The notes under the pieces are model-generated. The model worked only from the letters and a program-made list of their open reading frames with translations, was not told the origin of the DNA and ran no database searches. The position numbers and the translations under genes are program-made. From Escherichia coli (lineage in GTDB: Bacteria; Pseudomonadota; Gammaproteobacteria; Enterobacterales; Enterobacteriaceae), in NCBI RefSeq assembly GCF_024700885.2, contig NZ_CP117016.1: a stretch of DNA of 64,000 nucleotides; one strand, written 5' to 3'. Every line of letters starts with the position of its first letter. The first letter of the stretch is position 1. Of this stretch, positions 50,105 to 61,753 are shown one piece after another.

Positions 50105-52621
50105 ATGTTACAGATAGTCGGCGCGCTGATTCTGCTGATCGCAGGATTTGCCATTCTTCGCCTTTTGTTCAGAGCATTAACCAGCACAGCGTCTGCGCTG
50201 GCAGGGTTCGTATTGCTGTGTCTGTTCGGCCCGGCTTTACTGGCTGGCTATATCACTGAACGCATAACCCGGTTATTCCATATTCGCTGGCTGGCAGGCG
50301 TATTTCTGACGATTGCCGGAATGATTATCAGCTTCATGTGGGGACTTGATGGTAAACATATCGCACTGGAGGCTCATACTTTTGACTCTGTAAAATTTAT
50401 TCTGACCACCGCTCTCGCCGCTGGTCTGCTGGCTCTTCCCGTGCAGATAAGAACCATTCAGCAGAACGGGCTCACACCTGAAGATATCAGCAAGGAAATT
50501 AACGGGTATTACTGCTGTTTTTATACTGCTTTTTTCCTTATGGCGTGTTCTGCATACGCACCATTGATCGCATTGCAGTTCGATATTTCACCCTCACTGA
50601 TGTGGTGGGGCGGGTTGTTGTACTGGCTGGCTGCATTAGTGGCGCTGCTATGGGCGGCCAGCCAGATCCAGGCGCTGAAAAGACTGACCAGTGCCATCCG
50701 CCAGACACTGGAAGAACAACCGGTGCTCAACAGTAAATCGTGGCTGAGCAGTTTGCAAAACGATTACAGCCTTCCTGAAACGCTGACGGAGCGCATCTGG
50801 CTGACACTCATTTCACAACGGATTTCCCGGGGAGAACTGAGGGAATTTGAACTGGCAGACGGAAACTGGCTACTGGACAATGCCTGGTATGAAAGAAACA
50901 TGGCGGGTTTCAACGAAAAGCTGAGAGAGAGCCTGTCATTTACCCCTGATGAACTGAAAACCCTCTTCCGGAACCGCCTGAATTTATCACCGGAAGCGAA
51001 TGACGATTTTCTCGATCGTTGCCTGGACGGCGGTGACTGGTACCCCTTTTCAGAAGGCCGCCGTTTTGTATCATTCCACCACGTGGATGAGCTTCGTATC
51101 TGTGCCTCCTGCGGGCTGACAGAAGTACATCATGCCCCGGAAAATCATAAGCCGGATCCGGAATGGTACTGCTCCTCTCTTTGTCGCGAAACAGAAACAC
51201 TGTGTCAGGACATTTATGAACGTTCTTACACCGGTTTTATTTCCGATGCAACGGCGAATGGTCTGATTCTCATGAAACTGCCGGAAACCTGGAGTACAAA
51301 TGAGAAAATGTTTGCTTCCGGAGGGCAGGGACATGGGTTTGCCGCTGAACGGGGAAACCATATTGTCGACAGAGTCCGTCTGAAAAACGCACGGATCCTC
51401 GGTGATAATAATGCCAGAAATGGAGCAGACAGACTGGTCAGCGGAACAGAAATCCAGACGAAATATTGTTCAACTGCAGCCCGTAGCGTCGGTGCGGCAT
51501 TCGACGGACAAAACGGACAGTATCGTTACATGGGAAATCATGGTCCCATGCAACTGGAAGTCCCCCGTGATCAGTATGCCGGCGCTGTGGAAACCATGAA
51601 GAATAAGATCCGCGAAGGTAAAGTACCCGGTGTAACCGATCCCGCAGAAGCGTCCCGGCTGATTCGTCGGGGACATCTGACTTATACCCAGGCCCGTAAT
51701 ATCACCCGGTTCGGGACCATCGAATCGGTCACTTATGATATTGCCGAGGGGTCGGTTGTCAGTCTGGCGGCCGGAGGGATCAGTTTTGCCCTGACGGCAT
51801 CGGTCTTCTGGCTCAGCACCGGCGATCGCGATGCTGCCCTGCAGACAGCTGCTGTCCAGGCAGGAAAAACCTTCACCCGCACACTGGCTGTCTACGTCAC
51901 AACCCAGCAACTTCACCGGCTCAGTGTTGTTCAGGGTATGCTGAAGCATATTGATTTTTCGACGGCCAGCCCGACTGTCCGGCAGGCGCTTCAGAAGGGG
52001 ACCGGTGCAGGAAATATCAGTGCCCTGAACAAAGTGATGAAGGGTACGCTGGTGACATCTCTGGCACTGGTAGCTGTCACAACCGGCCCTGACATGATCA
52101 AAATGTTGCGGGGACGGATCTCCGGTGCGCAGTTCATCAGGAATCTTGCCGTGGCATCTTCCGGTGTGGCAGGTGGTGCTGTCGGGTCAGTGGCGGGCGG
52201 GATATTGTTCAGTCCACTGGGACCATTTGGTGCACTGACAGGGCGTGTGGTTGGCGGTGTTCTGGGGGGAATGATTGCCTCCGCTGTATCAGGAAAAATT
52301 GCCGGAGCGCTGGTTGAAGAAGATCGCGTCAAAATTCTGGCAATGATTCAGGAGCAGGTGACATGGCTTGCCGGCAGTTTCCTGCTGACCGGACATGAGA
52401 TTGAAAATCTGAACGAGAATCTGGCCCGTGTTATCGATCAGAATGCTCTGGAGATCATTTTCGCCGCCGGTATACAACAACGGGCCGCGACCAATATGTT
52501 AATCAAACCACTGGTGGTCAGTATCATCAGGCAACGCCCCGTCATGGAATATGATGCATCCCATCTCGGCAATATGGTTAACCGACTGGAAGAAGCATTA
52601 CCCCCGGAGTTACCGGCATAA
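50105..52621 (+). CDS. Large inner-membrane protein of unknown function (YeeR-like position downstream of Ag43)
   Basis: 838-aa with N-terminal TM helices and Gly-rich C-terminal hydrophobic segment; GGAG SD upstream. Confidence 0.55.
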   Translation: MLQIVGALILLIAGFAILRLLFRALTSTASALAGFVLLCLFGPALLAGYITERITRLFHIRWLAGVFLTIAGMIISFMWGLDGKHIALEAHTFDSVKFILTTALAAGLLALPVQIRTIQQNGLTPEDISKEINGYYCCFYTAFFLMACSAYAPLIALQFDISPSLMWWGGLLYWLAALVALLWAASQIQALKRLTSAIRQTLEEQPVLNSKSWLSSLQNDYSLPETLTERIWLTLISQRISRGELREFELADGNWLLDNAWYERNMAGFNEKLRESLSFTPDELKTLFRNRLNLSPEANDDFLDRCLDGGDWYPFSEGRRFVSFHHVDELRICASCGLTEVHHAPENHKPDPEWYCSSLCRETETLCQDIYERSYTGFISDATANGLILMKLPETWSTNEKMFASGGQGHGFAAERGNHIVDRVRLKNARILGDNNARNGADRLVSGTEIQTKYCSTAARSVGAAFDGQNGQYRYMGNHGPMQLEVPRDQYAGAVETMKNKIREGKVPGVTDPAEASRLIRRGHLTYTQARNITRFGTIESVTYDIAEGSVVSLAAGGISFALTASVFWLSTGDRDAALQTAAVQAGKTFTRTLAVYVTTQQLHRLSVVQGMLKHIDFSTASPTVRQALQKGTGAGNISALNKVMKGTLVTSLALVAVTTGPDMIKMLRGRISGAQFIRNLAVASSGVAGGAVGSVAGGILFSPLGPFGALTGRVVGGVLGGMIASAVSGKIAGALVEEDRVKILAMIQEQVTWLAGSFLLTGHEIENLNENLARVIDQNALEIIFAAGIQQRAATNMLIKPLVVSIIRQRPVMEYDASHLGNMVNRLEEALPPELPA

Positions 52622-52696
52622 CGGCTATTCTGCGCCTTTTACGCTTTATCACCTGATTTGTCAGTGTCATCGTCATGACTCAGAGAGGTAAATACC

Positions 52697-53152
52697 ATGA
52701 TTCACCTGTTCAAAACCTGCATGATTACCGCCTTCATTCTGGGGTTAACGTGGTCTGCCCCACTCCGGGCACAGGATCAACGTTACATCAGTATACGCAA
52801 TACAGATACGATATGGCTCCCGGGAAATATTTGTGCCTACCAGTTCCGGCTGGATAATGGCGGAAACGATGAAGGATTTGGCCCCCTCACCATCACTCTG
52901 CAACTCAAAGACAAATATGGTCAGACGCTGGTGACCAGAAAAATGGAAACGGAAGCCTTTGGTGACAGTAATGCCACGCGAACCACAGACGCATTTATGG
53001 AAACGGAGTGCGTGGAAAATGTCGCCACAACCGAAATCATTAAAGCAACTGAAGAAAGTAACGGCCATCGTGTCAGTCTGCCGTTATCGGTTTTTGATCC
53101 CCAGGACTACCATCCACTGCTGATTACCGTTTCCGGAAAAAATGTTAACTGA
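52697..53152 (+). CDS. Hypothetical secreted protein
   Basis: 151-aa with signal peptide MIHLFKTCMITAFILGLTWSAPLRA. Confidence 0.45.
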   Translation: MIHLFKTCMITAFILGLTWSAPLRAQDQRYISIRNTDTIWLPGNICAYQFRLDNGGNDEGFGPLTITLQLKDKYGQTLVTRKMETEAFGDSNATRTTDAFMETECVENVATTEIIKATEESNGHRVSLPLSVFDPQDYHPLLITVSGKNVN

Positions 53153-53561
53153 TCCCTGAAGTCAGTTTCATGCTTCAGCCTCTGCCACAACGTATGGCAG
53201 AGGCTATTTATCAGGAGAAACCAGATATGCCGGGTTACACACAGAGTATGTCCTGGCTGAAGGATCTTTCTCATACGGGCAGACGGTGGCTGTCACAACA
53301 GCTTACCTTAATGTGCTTATTGAAGATGACCAGGTGCGCACTTCCGGCTGGTTATCCGCAACGCGGAAGGTCAGCGACGCTGGCGCTGCCGGAATACTGA
53401 ACCCTGTGCCGGAAAGCAGCTTAATGCGTGGCTCGCCAGTGAAGGGCTTCTCAGACAATAAACGTCATTGATTTCGTCCATCAGGCCGCGTCTTCTCCGG
53501 GAGACGCGGCTTTTTTCATTTATTACACCAGTAAATCTTAACCACCGATAAGGAGCAAAGT

Positions 53562-54383
53562 ATGCGATTAGCCAGTCGTTTTGGTTATGCTGCAAACCAG
53601 ATACGCCGTGACCGTCCACTGACACATGAAGAGCTGATGCACCATGTGCCGGGGATTTTCGGGGAAGATAAACACACGTCCCGAAGCCAGAACTATACGT
53701 ACATCCCCACCATCACCGTGCTGGAAAGTCTGCAGCGGGAAGGCTTCCAGCCATTCTTCGCCTGCCAGACCCGTGTGCGCGACCCGGGCCGTCGGGGATA
53801 CACAAAACACATGCTGCGTCTGCGGCGGGCCGGAGAGATAAACGGAGAACATGTCCCTGAAATTATTCTGCTCAACTCTCATGACGGTACCTCCAGCTAC
53901 CAGATGCTGCCGGGTTACTTCAGGTTCGTCTGCCAGAACGGGTGCGTCTGTGGTCAGTCTCTGGGGGAAGTGCGTGTTCCGCACCGGGGAAATGTAGTGG
54001 AGAAAGTTATCGAAGGGGCTTACGAGGTGGTGGGGGTTTTTGACCGGATAGAGGAGAAGCGTGATGCCATGCAGTCGCTGGTCCTGCCGCCACCGGCACG
54101 CCAGGCGCTGGCACAGGCGGCACTGACTTACCGTTATGGTGACGAACATCAGCCCGTCACCACCGCCGACATTCTGACGCCACGACGCCGGGAGGATTAC
54201 GGAAAGGACCTGTGGAGTGCTTATCAGACCATCCAGGAGAATATGCTGAAAGGGGGGATTTCCGGTCGCAGTGCCAGAGGAAAACGTATCCACACCCGTG
54301 CCATTCACAGCATCGACACCGACATTAAGCTCAACCGCGCATTGTGGGTGATGGCTGAAACGCTGCTGGAGAGTATGCGCTGA
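53562..54383 (+). CDS. DUF932-family protein (YfjQ/YafZ-like)
   Basis: 273-aa; size and position typical of CP4-like island modules. Confidence 0.5.
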   Translation: MRLASRFGYAANQIRRDRPLTHEELMHHVPGIFGEDKHTSRSQNYTYIPTITVLESLQREGFQPFFACQTRVRDPGRRGYTKHMLRLRRAGEINGEHVPEIILLNSHDGTSSYQMLPGYFRFVCQNGCVCGQSLGEVRVPHRGNVVEKVIEGAYEVVGVFDRIEEKRDAMQSLVLPPPARQALAQAALTYRYGDEHQPVTTADILTPRRREDYGKDLWSAYQTIQENMLKGGISGRSARGKRIHTRAIHSIDTDIKLNRALWVMAETLLESMR

Positions 54384-54474
54384 TGCCGTTTCCCTGAAAG
54401 CGCAGTTCTGACTCACGTCTGTCCCTTCCCCCGGGATTTCTTCCATTCATTTACTTTTTATAAGGAATAATCTC

Positions 54475-54960
54475 ATGACAACCGTCTTGCATAATTCCAC
54501 CACTCCTTCTGTTTCCGTAACCGCTGCATCAGGGAATGACCAGCCTCAGCTGGTTGCCACCATAGTCCCTGATGAACAGCGCATCAGCTTCTGGCCGCAG
54601 CACTTTGGCCTCATTCCACAGTGGGTGGCCCTGGAGCCCCGTGTCTTCGGCTGGATGGACCGTCTGTGTGAAGACTACTGCGGTGGTATCTGGAATCTGT
54701 ACACCCTGAACAACGGCGGGGCATTTATGGCACCCGAACCGGATGACGATGATGACGAAACATGGGTACTGTTCAATGCCATGAACGGTAACCGCGCTGA
54801 AATGAGCCCGGAAGCCGCCGGCATTGCTGCCTGTCTGATGACGTACAGCCATCATGCCTGTCGTACGGAGTGTTATGCCATGACGGTCCATTATTACCGG
54901 TTGCGGGATTACGCCCTGCAGCATCCGGAATGCAGCGCCATTATGCGCATCATCGACTGA
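54475..54960 (+). CDS. Antirestriction protein, KlcA/ArdB-like (YfjX/YafX class)
   Basis: 161-aa, acidic stretch PEPDDDDDETW; position upstream of RadC-like gene. Confidence 0.55.
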   Translation: MTTVLHNSTTPSVSVTAASGNDQPQLVATIVPDEQRISFWPQHFGLIPQWVALEPRVFGWMDRLCEDYCGGIWNLYTLNNGGAFMAPEPDDDDDETWVLFNAMNGNRAEMSPEAAGIAACLMTYSHHACRTECYAMTVHYYRLRDYALQHPECSAIMRIID

Positions 54961-54975
54961 ATGGAGAGAAGCACA

Positions 54976-55452
54976 ATGCAACAGCTTTCCTTTCTGCCCG
55001 GAGAGATGACGCCCGGCGAGCGCAGTCTCATTCTGCGGGCCCTGAAAACTCTGGACCGCCATCTTCATGAACCCGGCGTGGCCTTCACCTCCACCCGTGC
55101 GGCACGGGAATGGCTGATTCTGAACATGGCGGGACTGGAGCGTGAAGAATTCCGGGTGCTGTATCTGAATAACCAGAATCAACTGATTGCCGGTGAAACC
55201 CTCTTCACCGGCACCATCAACCGCACGGAAGTCCATCCCCGGGAAGTGATTAAACGCGCCCTGTACCACAATGCCGCTGCCGTGGTGCTGGCGCACAATC
55301 ACCCGTCCGGTGAAGTCACACCCAGCAAGGCAGACCGCCTTATCACGGAACGTCTGGTACAGGCACTGGGCCTGGTGGATATCCGGGTGCCGGACCATCT
55401 GATAGTCGGTGGCAACCAGGTTTTCTCCTTTGCCGAACATGGTCTGCTTTAA
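54976..55452 (+). CDS. RadC-like JAB-domain protein (YeeS/YkfG class)
   Basis: JAMM motif region …VLAHNHPSGEVTPSKADRLIT…. Confidence 0.65.
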   Translation: MQQLSFLPGEMTPGERSLILRALKTLDRHLHEPGVAFTSTRAAREWLILNMAGLEREEFRVLYLNNQNQLIAGETLFTGTINRTEVHPREVIKRALYHNAAAVVLAHNHPSGEVTPSKADRLITERLVQALGLVDIRVPDHLIVGGNQVFSFAEHGLL

Positions 55453-55514
55453 CCCGTCACAACCACATCACACCTGTTTTCACTTTTATCTTCTGTCTTC
55501 AGAGGTATCACATC

Positions 55515-55736
55515 ATGAGAATCATCACCCGTGGTGAAGCCATGCGTATTCACCAACAGCATCCTGCATCCCGTCTTTTTCCGTTCTGTACCGGTAAGTA
55601 TCGCTGGCACGGCAGTGCTGAAGCGTATACTGGTCGTGAAGTGCAGGATATTCCCGGCGTTCTTGCCGTGTTTGCAGAACGCCGTAAGGACAGTTTTGGC
55701 CCGTATGTCCGGCTGATGAGTGTCACCCTGAACTGA
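55515..55736 (+). CDS. DUF987-family small protein (YeeT-like)
   Basis: 73-aa ORF in canonical position before the CbeA/CbtA pair. Confidence 0.5.
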   Translation: MRIITRGEAMRIHQQHPASRLFPFCTGKYRWHGSAEAYTGREVQDIPGVLAVFAERRKDSFGPYVRLMSVTLN

Positions 55737-55898
55737 TGTTCCGTCACCCGGGAAACGAGTACGACCAGATGACCTCAGACGCCGCTGTGGATGAGGCCAT
55801 TCTCATCAATGCATACATCTTCACCGAAACCGGTCAGCGCGCCGGCTGACCTGTCATCGTTAAACCATTCTTAACCACTTTTCAGAGAGGATTTTATC

Positions 55899-56273
55899 GT
55901 GTCAGACAAACTCTCCGGGATAACTCATCCCGATGACAATCACGACCGCCCCTGGTGGGGGCTTCCCTGCACAGTGAGGCCCTGTTTTGGCGCTCGTCTG
56001 GTGCAAGAGGGTAACCGCCTGCATTACCTTGCCGACCGCGCCGGTATCAGAGGCCGCTTCAGCGACGCAGATGCATACCATCTGGACCAGGCCTTTCCGC
56101 TGCTGATGAAACAACTGGAACTCATGCTCACCAGCGGTGAACTGAATCCCCGATATCAGCATACCGTCACGCTGTATGCAAAAGGGCTGACCTGCGAAGC
56201 CGACACCCTCGGCTCCTGTGGTTACGTTTATCTGGCTGTTTATCCGACACCAGCACCCGCAACCACCTCATAA
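55899..56273 (+). CDS. cbeA: Type IV antitoxin, CbeA/YeeU family
   Basis: 124-aa; immediately upstream of CbtA-like toxin gene. Confidence 0.6.
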   Translation: MSDKLSGITHPDDNHDRPWWGLPCTVRPCFGARLVQEGNRLHYLADRAGIRGRFSDADAYHLDQAFPLLMKQLELMLTSGELNPRYQHTVTLYAKGLTCEADTLGSCGYVYLAVYPTPAPATTS

Positions 56274-56319
56274 CCCCGAAGCTCTCACCTTTAGCACTAC
56301 CAGTTACAGAGAACTTAAG

Positions 56320-56694
56320 ATGAAAACATTATCCGACACACATGTACGGGAGGTATCTCGCTGCCCGTCTCCCGTCACCATCTGGCAGACACTGCTCATC
56401 CGACTGCTGGACCAGCATTATGGCCTCACACTGAATGACACACCGTTTGCCGATGAACGTGTGATTGAGCAGCATATTGAGGCAGGCATTTCACTGTGTG
56501 ATGCAGTTAATTTTCTCGTGGAAAAATACGCGCTGGTGCGTACCGACCAGCCGGGATTCAGCACCTGTCCCCGCTCTCAGTTAATAAACAGTATTGATAT
56601 CCTCCGGGCTCGCCGGGCGACCGGCCTGATGACCCGCGACAATTACAGAACGGTAAATAACATTACCCTGGGTAAGTATCCGGAGGCGAAATGA
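56320..56694 (+). CDS. cbtA: Type IV toxin, CbtA/YeeV family (cytoskeleton-binding)
   Basis: 124-aa [43 protein letters not shown]…. Confidence 0.65.
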   Translation: MKTLSDTHVREVSRCPSPVTIWQTLLIRLLDQHYGLTLNDTPFADERVIEQHIEAGISLCDAVNFLVEKYALVRTDQPGFSTCPRSQLINSIDILRARRATGLMTRDNYRTVNNITLGKYPEAK

Positions 56695-57182
56695 TGAAAC
56701 TGGCCCTGACACTGGAAGCCGACAGCGTTAACGTACAGGCACTGAACATGGGGCGCATTGTCGTTGACGTCGATGGTATTGAGCTCGCTGAACTGATTAA
56801 CATGGTCTGCGATAACGGCTACTCCCTTCGTGTTGTTGATGAATCTGACCAGACCTCAGCAGAATGCACGCCACCATTTGCTACCCTTACCGGCATACGC
56901 TGCAGTACCGCACATATCACGGAAACGGACAACGCCTGGTTGTACTCGCTGTCACACCAGACCAGTGACTTCGGTGAATCAGAATGGATTCATTTTACAG
57001 GTAGCGGATATCTGTTACGTACCGATGCGTGGTCATACCCGGTTCTGCGGCTTAAACGCCTGGGGCTGTCAAAAACGTTCCGTCGTCTGGTCGTCACACT
57101 CATCCGGCGTTATGGCGTCAGTCTCATTCATCTGGATGCCAGCGCTGAATGCCTGCCGGGTTTACCCACTTTCGACTGGTAA
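56691..57182 (+). CDS. YeeW-like protein
   Basis: 163-aa ORF overlapping cbtA stop, canonical position in CP4-like modules. Confidence 0.5.
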   Translation: MMKLALTLEADSVNVQALNMGRIVVDVDGIELAELINMVCDNGYSLRVVDESDQTSAECTPPFATLTGIRCSTAHITETDNAWLYSLSHQTSDFGESEWIHFTGSGYLLRTDAWSYPVLRLKRLGLSKTFRRLVVTLIRRYGVSLIHLDASAECLPGLPTFDW

Positions 57183-57193
57183 CCAGGAACAAC

Positions 57194-57391
57194 ATGAAAT
57201 CATTAACCACGGAAACAGCGCTGGATATTCTGATTGCGTGGCTGCAGGACAATATCGACTGCGGATCGGGAATTATCTTTGACAACGATGAGGATAAAAC
57301 GGATTCAGCAGCACTGTTGCCCTGTATCGAACAGGCCCGGGAGGATGTCCGTACCCTGCGTCATCTGCAGCTTCTGCACCAGAACCGGTGA
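57194..57391 (+). CDS. Small hypothetical protein
   Basis: 65-aa ORF between yeeW-like and DUF4942-like genes. Confidence 0.35.
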   Translation: MKSLTTETALDILIAWLQDNIDCGSGIIFDNDEDKTDSAALLPCIEQAREDVRTLRHLQLLHQNR

Positions 57392-57475
57392 AGCTCACTC
57401 ACCAGACTTCATTCCTCTGACGCCAGCCTGCACAGGGCTGGCGTTTTCATTTATCTGCAAAAAGGAATATCGATT

Positions 57476-58318
57476 ATGTCAGATATCACAATCTCCCGTC
57501 CGGAAGTGGTCAACGGGCATACGGACGTTATCTGCTCAACCAGCATTCGCCACATTCTGGCTGTACGAAAGAGTACACTGTTGCAAATCGACACACTTAT
57601 CCGACAACTGGCTGAAATCTCGGTGCTGACGGAAAGCATCGGAGGTAAAACTGCCCCGGACTGGGCCATGAAACAGGATTTTCGCTGCGGCTGCTGGCTG
57701 ATGGAGAAACCCGAAACAGCAATGAAAGCCATTACCCGGAATCTTGATCGCGAAATCTGGCGTGACCTGATGCAACGTTCCGGGATGCTGTCATTAATGG
57801 ATACGCAGGCCCGTGATACATGGTACCGGTCACTGGAGTACGATAATTTTCCGGAAATCAGCGAAGCGAACATTCTGAGCACATTTGAACAACTGCACCA
57901 GAATAAGGATGAGGTGTTTGAGCGAGGGGTGATCAACGTCTTCAGAGGGCTGAACTGGAATTACAAAACCAATTGCCCCTGTAAATTTGGCAGTAAAATT
58001 ATCGTCAACAATCTGGTGAGATGGGACCGGTGGGGATTTCATCTTATCACCGGACAACAGGCTGACCGACTCGCCGATCTGGAAAGAATGTTGCACCTGT
58101 TCAGCGGTAAACCAATCCCCGACAACCGGGGAAACATCACCCTTCGTCTGGATGATCACATTCAGTCTGTTCAGGGTAAAGAGAGCTATGAAGATGAGAT
58201 GTTCAGCATCAGATACTTTAAGAAGGGCTCCGCGCATATCACGTTCAGAAAACCAGAACTGGTTGACAGACTGAATGATATTATCGCAAAACACTATCCT
58301 GATATGCTGGCAGTATAG
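57476..58318 (+). CDS. DUF4942-family protein (terminal gene of CP4-like modules)
   Basis: 280-aa ORF, last island gene before serX. Confidence 0.5.
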   Translation: MSDITISRPEVVNGHTDVICSTSIRHILAVRKSTLLQIDTLIRQLAEISVLTESIGGKTAPDWAMKQDFRCGCWLMEKPETAMKAITRNLDREIWRDLMQRSGMLSLMDTQARDTWYRSLEYDNFPEISEANILSTFEQLHQNKDEVFERGVINVFRGLNWNYKTNCPCKFGSKIIVNNLVRWDRWGFHLITGQQADRLADLERMLHLFSGKPIPDNRGNITLRLDDHIQSVQGKESYEDEMFSIRYFKKGSAHITFRKPELVDRLNDIIAKHYPDMLAV

Positions 58319-58467
58319 CTTTGCCAGTATGCTCAAAGATCGGAAATTGTCCGATAAGATATAATCGCGGGGCATATAAACCGGTTTCAGATGGCATACC
58401 CGATGGCATACTGTCTGGAAGGAAAAATAAAAAAGCGCATGTTAAACAATAACATGCGCTTATAATC

Positions 58468-58555
58468 TGGCGGTGAGGGGGGGATTCGAACCCCCGATAC
58501 GTTGCCGTATACACACTTTCCAGGCGTGCTCCTTCAGCCACTCGGACACCTCACC
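58468..58555 (-). tRNA. serX: tRNA-Ser (anticodon GGA)
   Basis: 88-nt; reverse complement reads GGTGAGGTGTCCGAGTGGCTGAAGGAGCACGCCTGGAAAGTGTG…GGTTCGAATCCCCCCCTCACCGCCA with long variable arm; adjacent to ghrA as at the serX locus. Confidence 0.85.
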
Positions 58556-58749
58556 AAATTGTTGTTCCTGTCTTGCTGGAACGGGCGCTAATTTAGGGAA
58601 ATCATGACCTGAGGTCAACAAACTTTTTTAAAAAATCGCGCGTTTATTCAAACTTCAATCAATATGCAGTTTTAATAAGCGAAATCTGCTTTTTTTGCCA
58701 CCGACCACGGATTTGTTATGCTGGTGGCTTTTGTAGATCATAACGATAA

Positions 58750-59727
<978 letters not shown>

Positions 59728-59781
59728 TAAAGCATCAGGTTTCCTGCTATCCTTGGCGGGAATTGAATACAGGAGAGAGTT

Positions 59782-60519
59782 ATGTATCCCGTCGACCTTC
59801 ATATGCATACCGTTGCTAGCACGCATGCATATAGCACATTGAGTGATTACATTGCCCAGGCCAAACAAAAGGGCATTAAACTTTTTGCGATCACCGATCA
59901 TGGCCCGGATATGGAAGATGCGCCGCATCACTGGCACTTCATTAACATGCGTATCTGGCCGCGAGTGGTTGATGGAGTAGGGATCCTGCGCGGCATCGAA
60001 GCTAACATTAAAAATGTTGACGGTGAAATTGACTGCAGTGGCAAAATGTTTGATTCGCTGGATCTGATTATTGCCGGTTTTCATGAGCCGGTGTTTGCGC
60101 CGCATGACAAAGCGACCAATACGCAAGCGATGATCGCCACTATCGCCAGCGGCAATGTGCATATAATAAGCCATCCCGGAAATCCGAAATATGAAATAGA
60201 TGTTAAAGCCGTTGCTGAAGCAGCTGCGAAACATCAGGTGGCGCTGGAAATCAATAATTCCTCATTTTTACACTCACGTAAGGGCAGTGAAGACAACTGT
60301 CGTGCGGTAGCCGCAGCGGTACGTGACGCTGGAGGTTGGGTGGCATTAGGCTCGGATTCTCACACCGCGTTTACCATGGGTGAATTTGAAGAGTGTCTTA
60401 AAATCCTCGACGCGGTAGATTTTCCGCCAGAGCGCATTTTGAATGTTTCTCCGCGCCGCTTACTGAACTTCCTTGAATCTCGCGGTATGGCACCGATTGC
60501 GGAATTTGCAGACCTTTAA
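59782..60519 (+). CDS. ycdX: PHP-domain phosphatase YcdX
   Basis: 245-aa [18 protein letters not shown]… PHP metal-binding histidines. Confidence 0.8.
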
Positions 60520-60542
60520 TTACTAGTAATGGAAATATATTA

Positions 60543-61097
60543 ATGAACGAGTTTTCTATCCTCTGTCGTGTGCTGGGTTCGCTCTATTACCGCCAACCAC
60601 AAGATCCTTTACTGGTGCCGCTGTTTACCCTGATTCGTGAGGGGAAACTGGCTGCGAACTGGCCACTGGAGCAGGATGAGTTACTGACGCGTTTACAGAA
60701 AAGCTGTGATATGACGCAAGTCTCTGCCGATTACAATGCGTTGTTTATCGGCGATGAATGTGCTGTGCCGCCATATCGTAGTGCATGGGTTGAGGGCGCG
60801 ACGGAAGCGGAAGTGCGCACTTTTCTTTCCGAACGAGGGATGCCATTAGCGGATACGCCAGCCGATCACATCGGTACATTGCTGCTCGCGGCTTCCTGGC
60901 TGGAAGATCAGTCAACGGAAGATGAGAGCGAAGCACTGGAAACACTGTTCAGTGAGTATCTGTTACCCTGGTGTGGTGCGTTCCTCGGCAAAGTGGAGGC
61001 TCATGCAACCACGCCTTTCTGGCGCACCATGGCACCGCTAACCCGCGATGCCATTAGTGCAATGTGGGACGAGCTGGAAGAAGATTCTGAAGAGTAA
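60543..61097 (+). CDS. ycdY: TorD-family chaperone YcdY
   Basis: 184-aa; conserved order ghrA-ycdX-ycdY-ycdZ. Confidence 0.75.
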   Translation: MNEFSILCRVLGSLYYRQPQDPLLVPLFTLIREGKLAANWPLEQDELLTRLQKSCDMTQVSADYNALFIGDECAVPPYRSAWVEGATEAEVRTFLSERGMPLADTPADHIGTLLLAASWLEDQSTEDESEALETLFSEYLLPWCGAFLGKVEAHATTPFWRTMAPLTRDAISAMWDELEEDSEE

Positions 61098-61198
61098 ATG
61101 TGATCTGCATCACTCATAACTGCAACAGATAATTTGTTGTTGCATAAAATGTGTGCTCGATCTCATTCATGGCCGCGTTTTCTGCTATCATGCGCGGC

Positions 61199-61690
61199 AT
61201 GAACATACTTCTCTCTATTGCAATCACAACAGGCATTCTCTCCGGTATCTGGGGATGGGTGGCTGTTTCCCTGGGCTTACTAAGCTGGGCGGGCTTCCTG
61301 GGCTGTACGGCCTACTTTGCCTGCCCGAAAGGTGGGCTGAAAGGGCTGGCGATCTCCGCTGCAACCCTGCTTAGTGGCGTGGTGTGGGCGATGGTCATTA
61401 TTTACGGTAGTGCACTGGCACCACATCTGGAAATTCTCGGTTATGTCATAACCGGTATTGTCGCGTTTCTGATGTGTATTCAGGCCAAACAGCTGCTGCT
61501 TTCATTTGTTCCGGGAACGTTTATAGGCGCATGCGCGACGTTTGCCGGGCAGGGTGACTGGAAACTGGTGTTACCTTCGCTGGCGCTCGGGTTGATATTT
61601 GGTTACGCAATGAAAAACAGCGGCTTGTGGCTGGCGGCGCGTAGTACGAAGACCGCTCACCGTGAGCAGCAAATCAAAAATAAAGCGTGA
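61199..61690 (+). CDS. ycdZ: Inner-membrane protein YcdZ (DUF1097)
   Basis: 163-aa hydrophobic protein MNILLSIAITTGILSGIWGW…. Confidence 0.75.
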   Translation: MNILLSIAITTGILSGIWGWVAVSLGLLSWAGFLGCTAYFACPKGGLKGLAISAATLLSGVVWAMVIIYGSALAPHLEILGYVITGIVAFLMCIQAKQLLLSFVPGTFIGACATFAGQGDWKLVLPSLALGLIFGYAMKNSGLWLAARSTKTAHREQQIKNKA

Positions 61691-61720
61691 GGGGCACTCA
61701 CGCTTTCGCTTAAACAGTAA

Positions 61721-61750
61721 AATGCCGGATGATAATTCCGGCATTTTTAT
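61721..61750. terminator. Hairpin plus T-run between convergent ycdZ and csgG
   Basis: GCCGGAT-gataatt-CCGGC followed by ATTTTTAT; a second hairpin GCGTGAG-N-CTCACGC lies just upstream. Confidence 0.5.
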
Positions 61751-61753
61751 CTA

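Noticed and set aside
50521-52480. Minus-strand ORFs inside the 838-aa membrane protein gene
   Set aside because: Antisense frames with Pro/Arg/Gly-rich low-complexity translations
1-58467. Island integrase or recombinase near serX
   Set aside because: Searched ORF translations for tyrosine or serine recombinase signatures near both tRNA-like sequences; none found in this window
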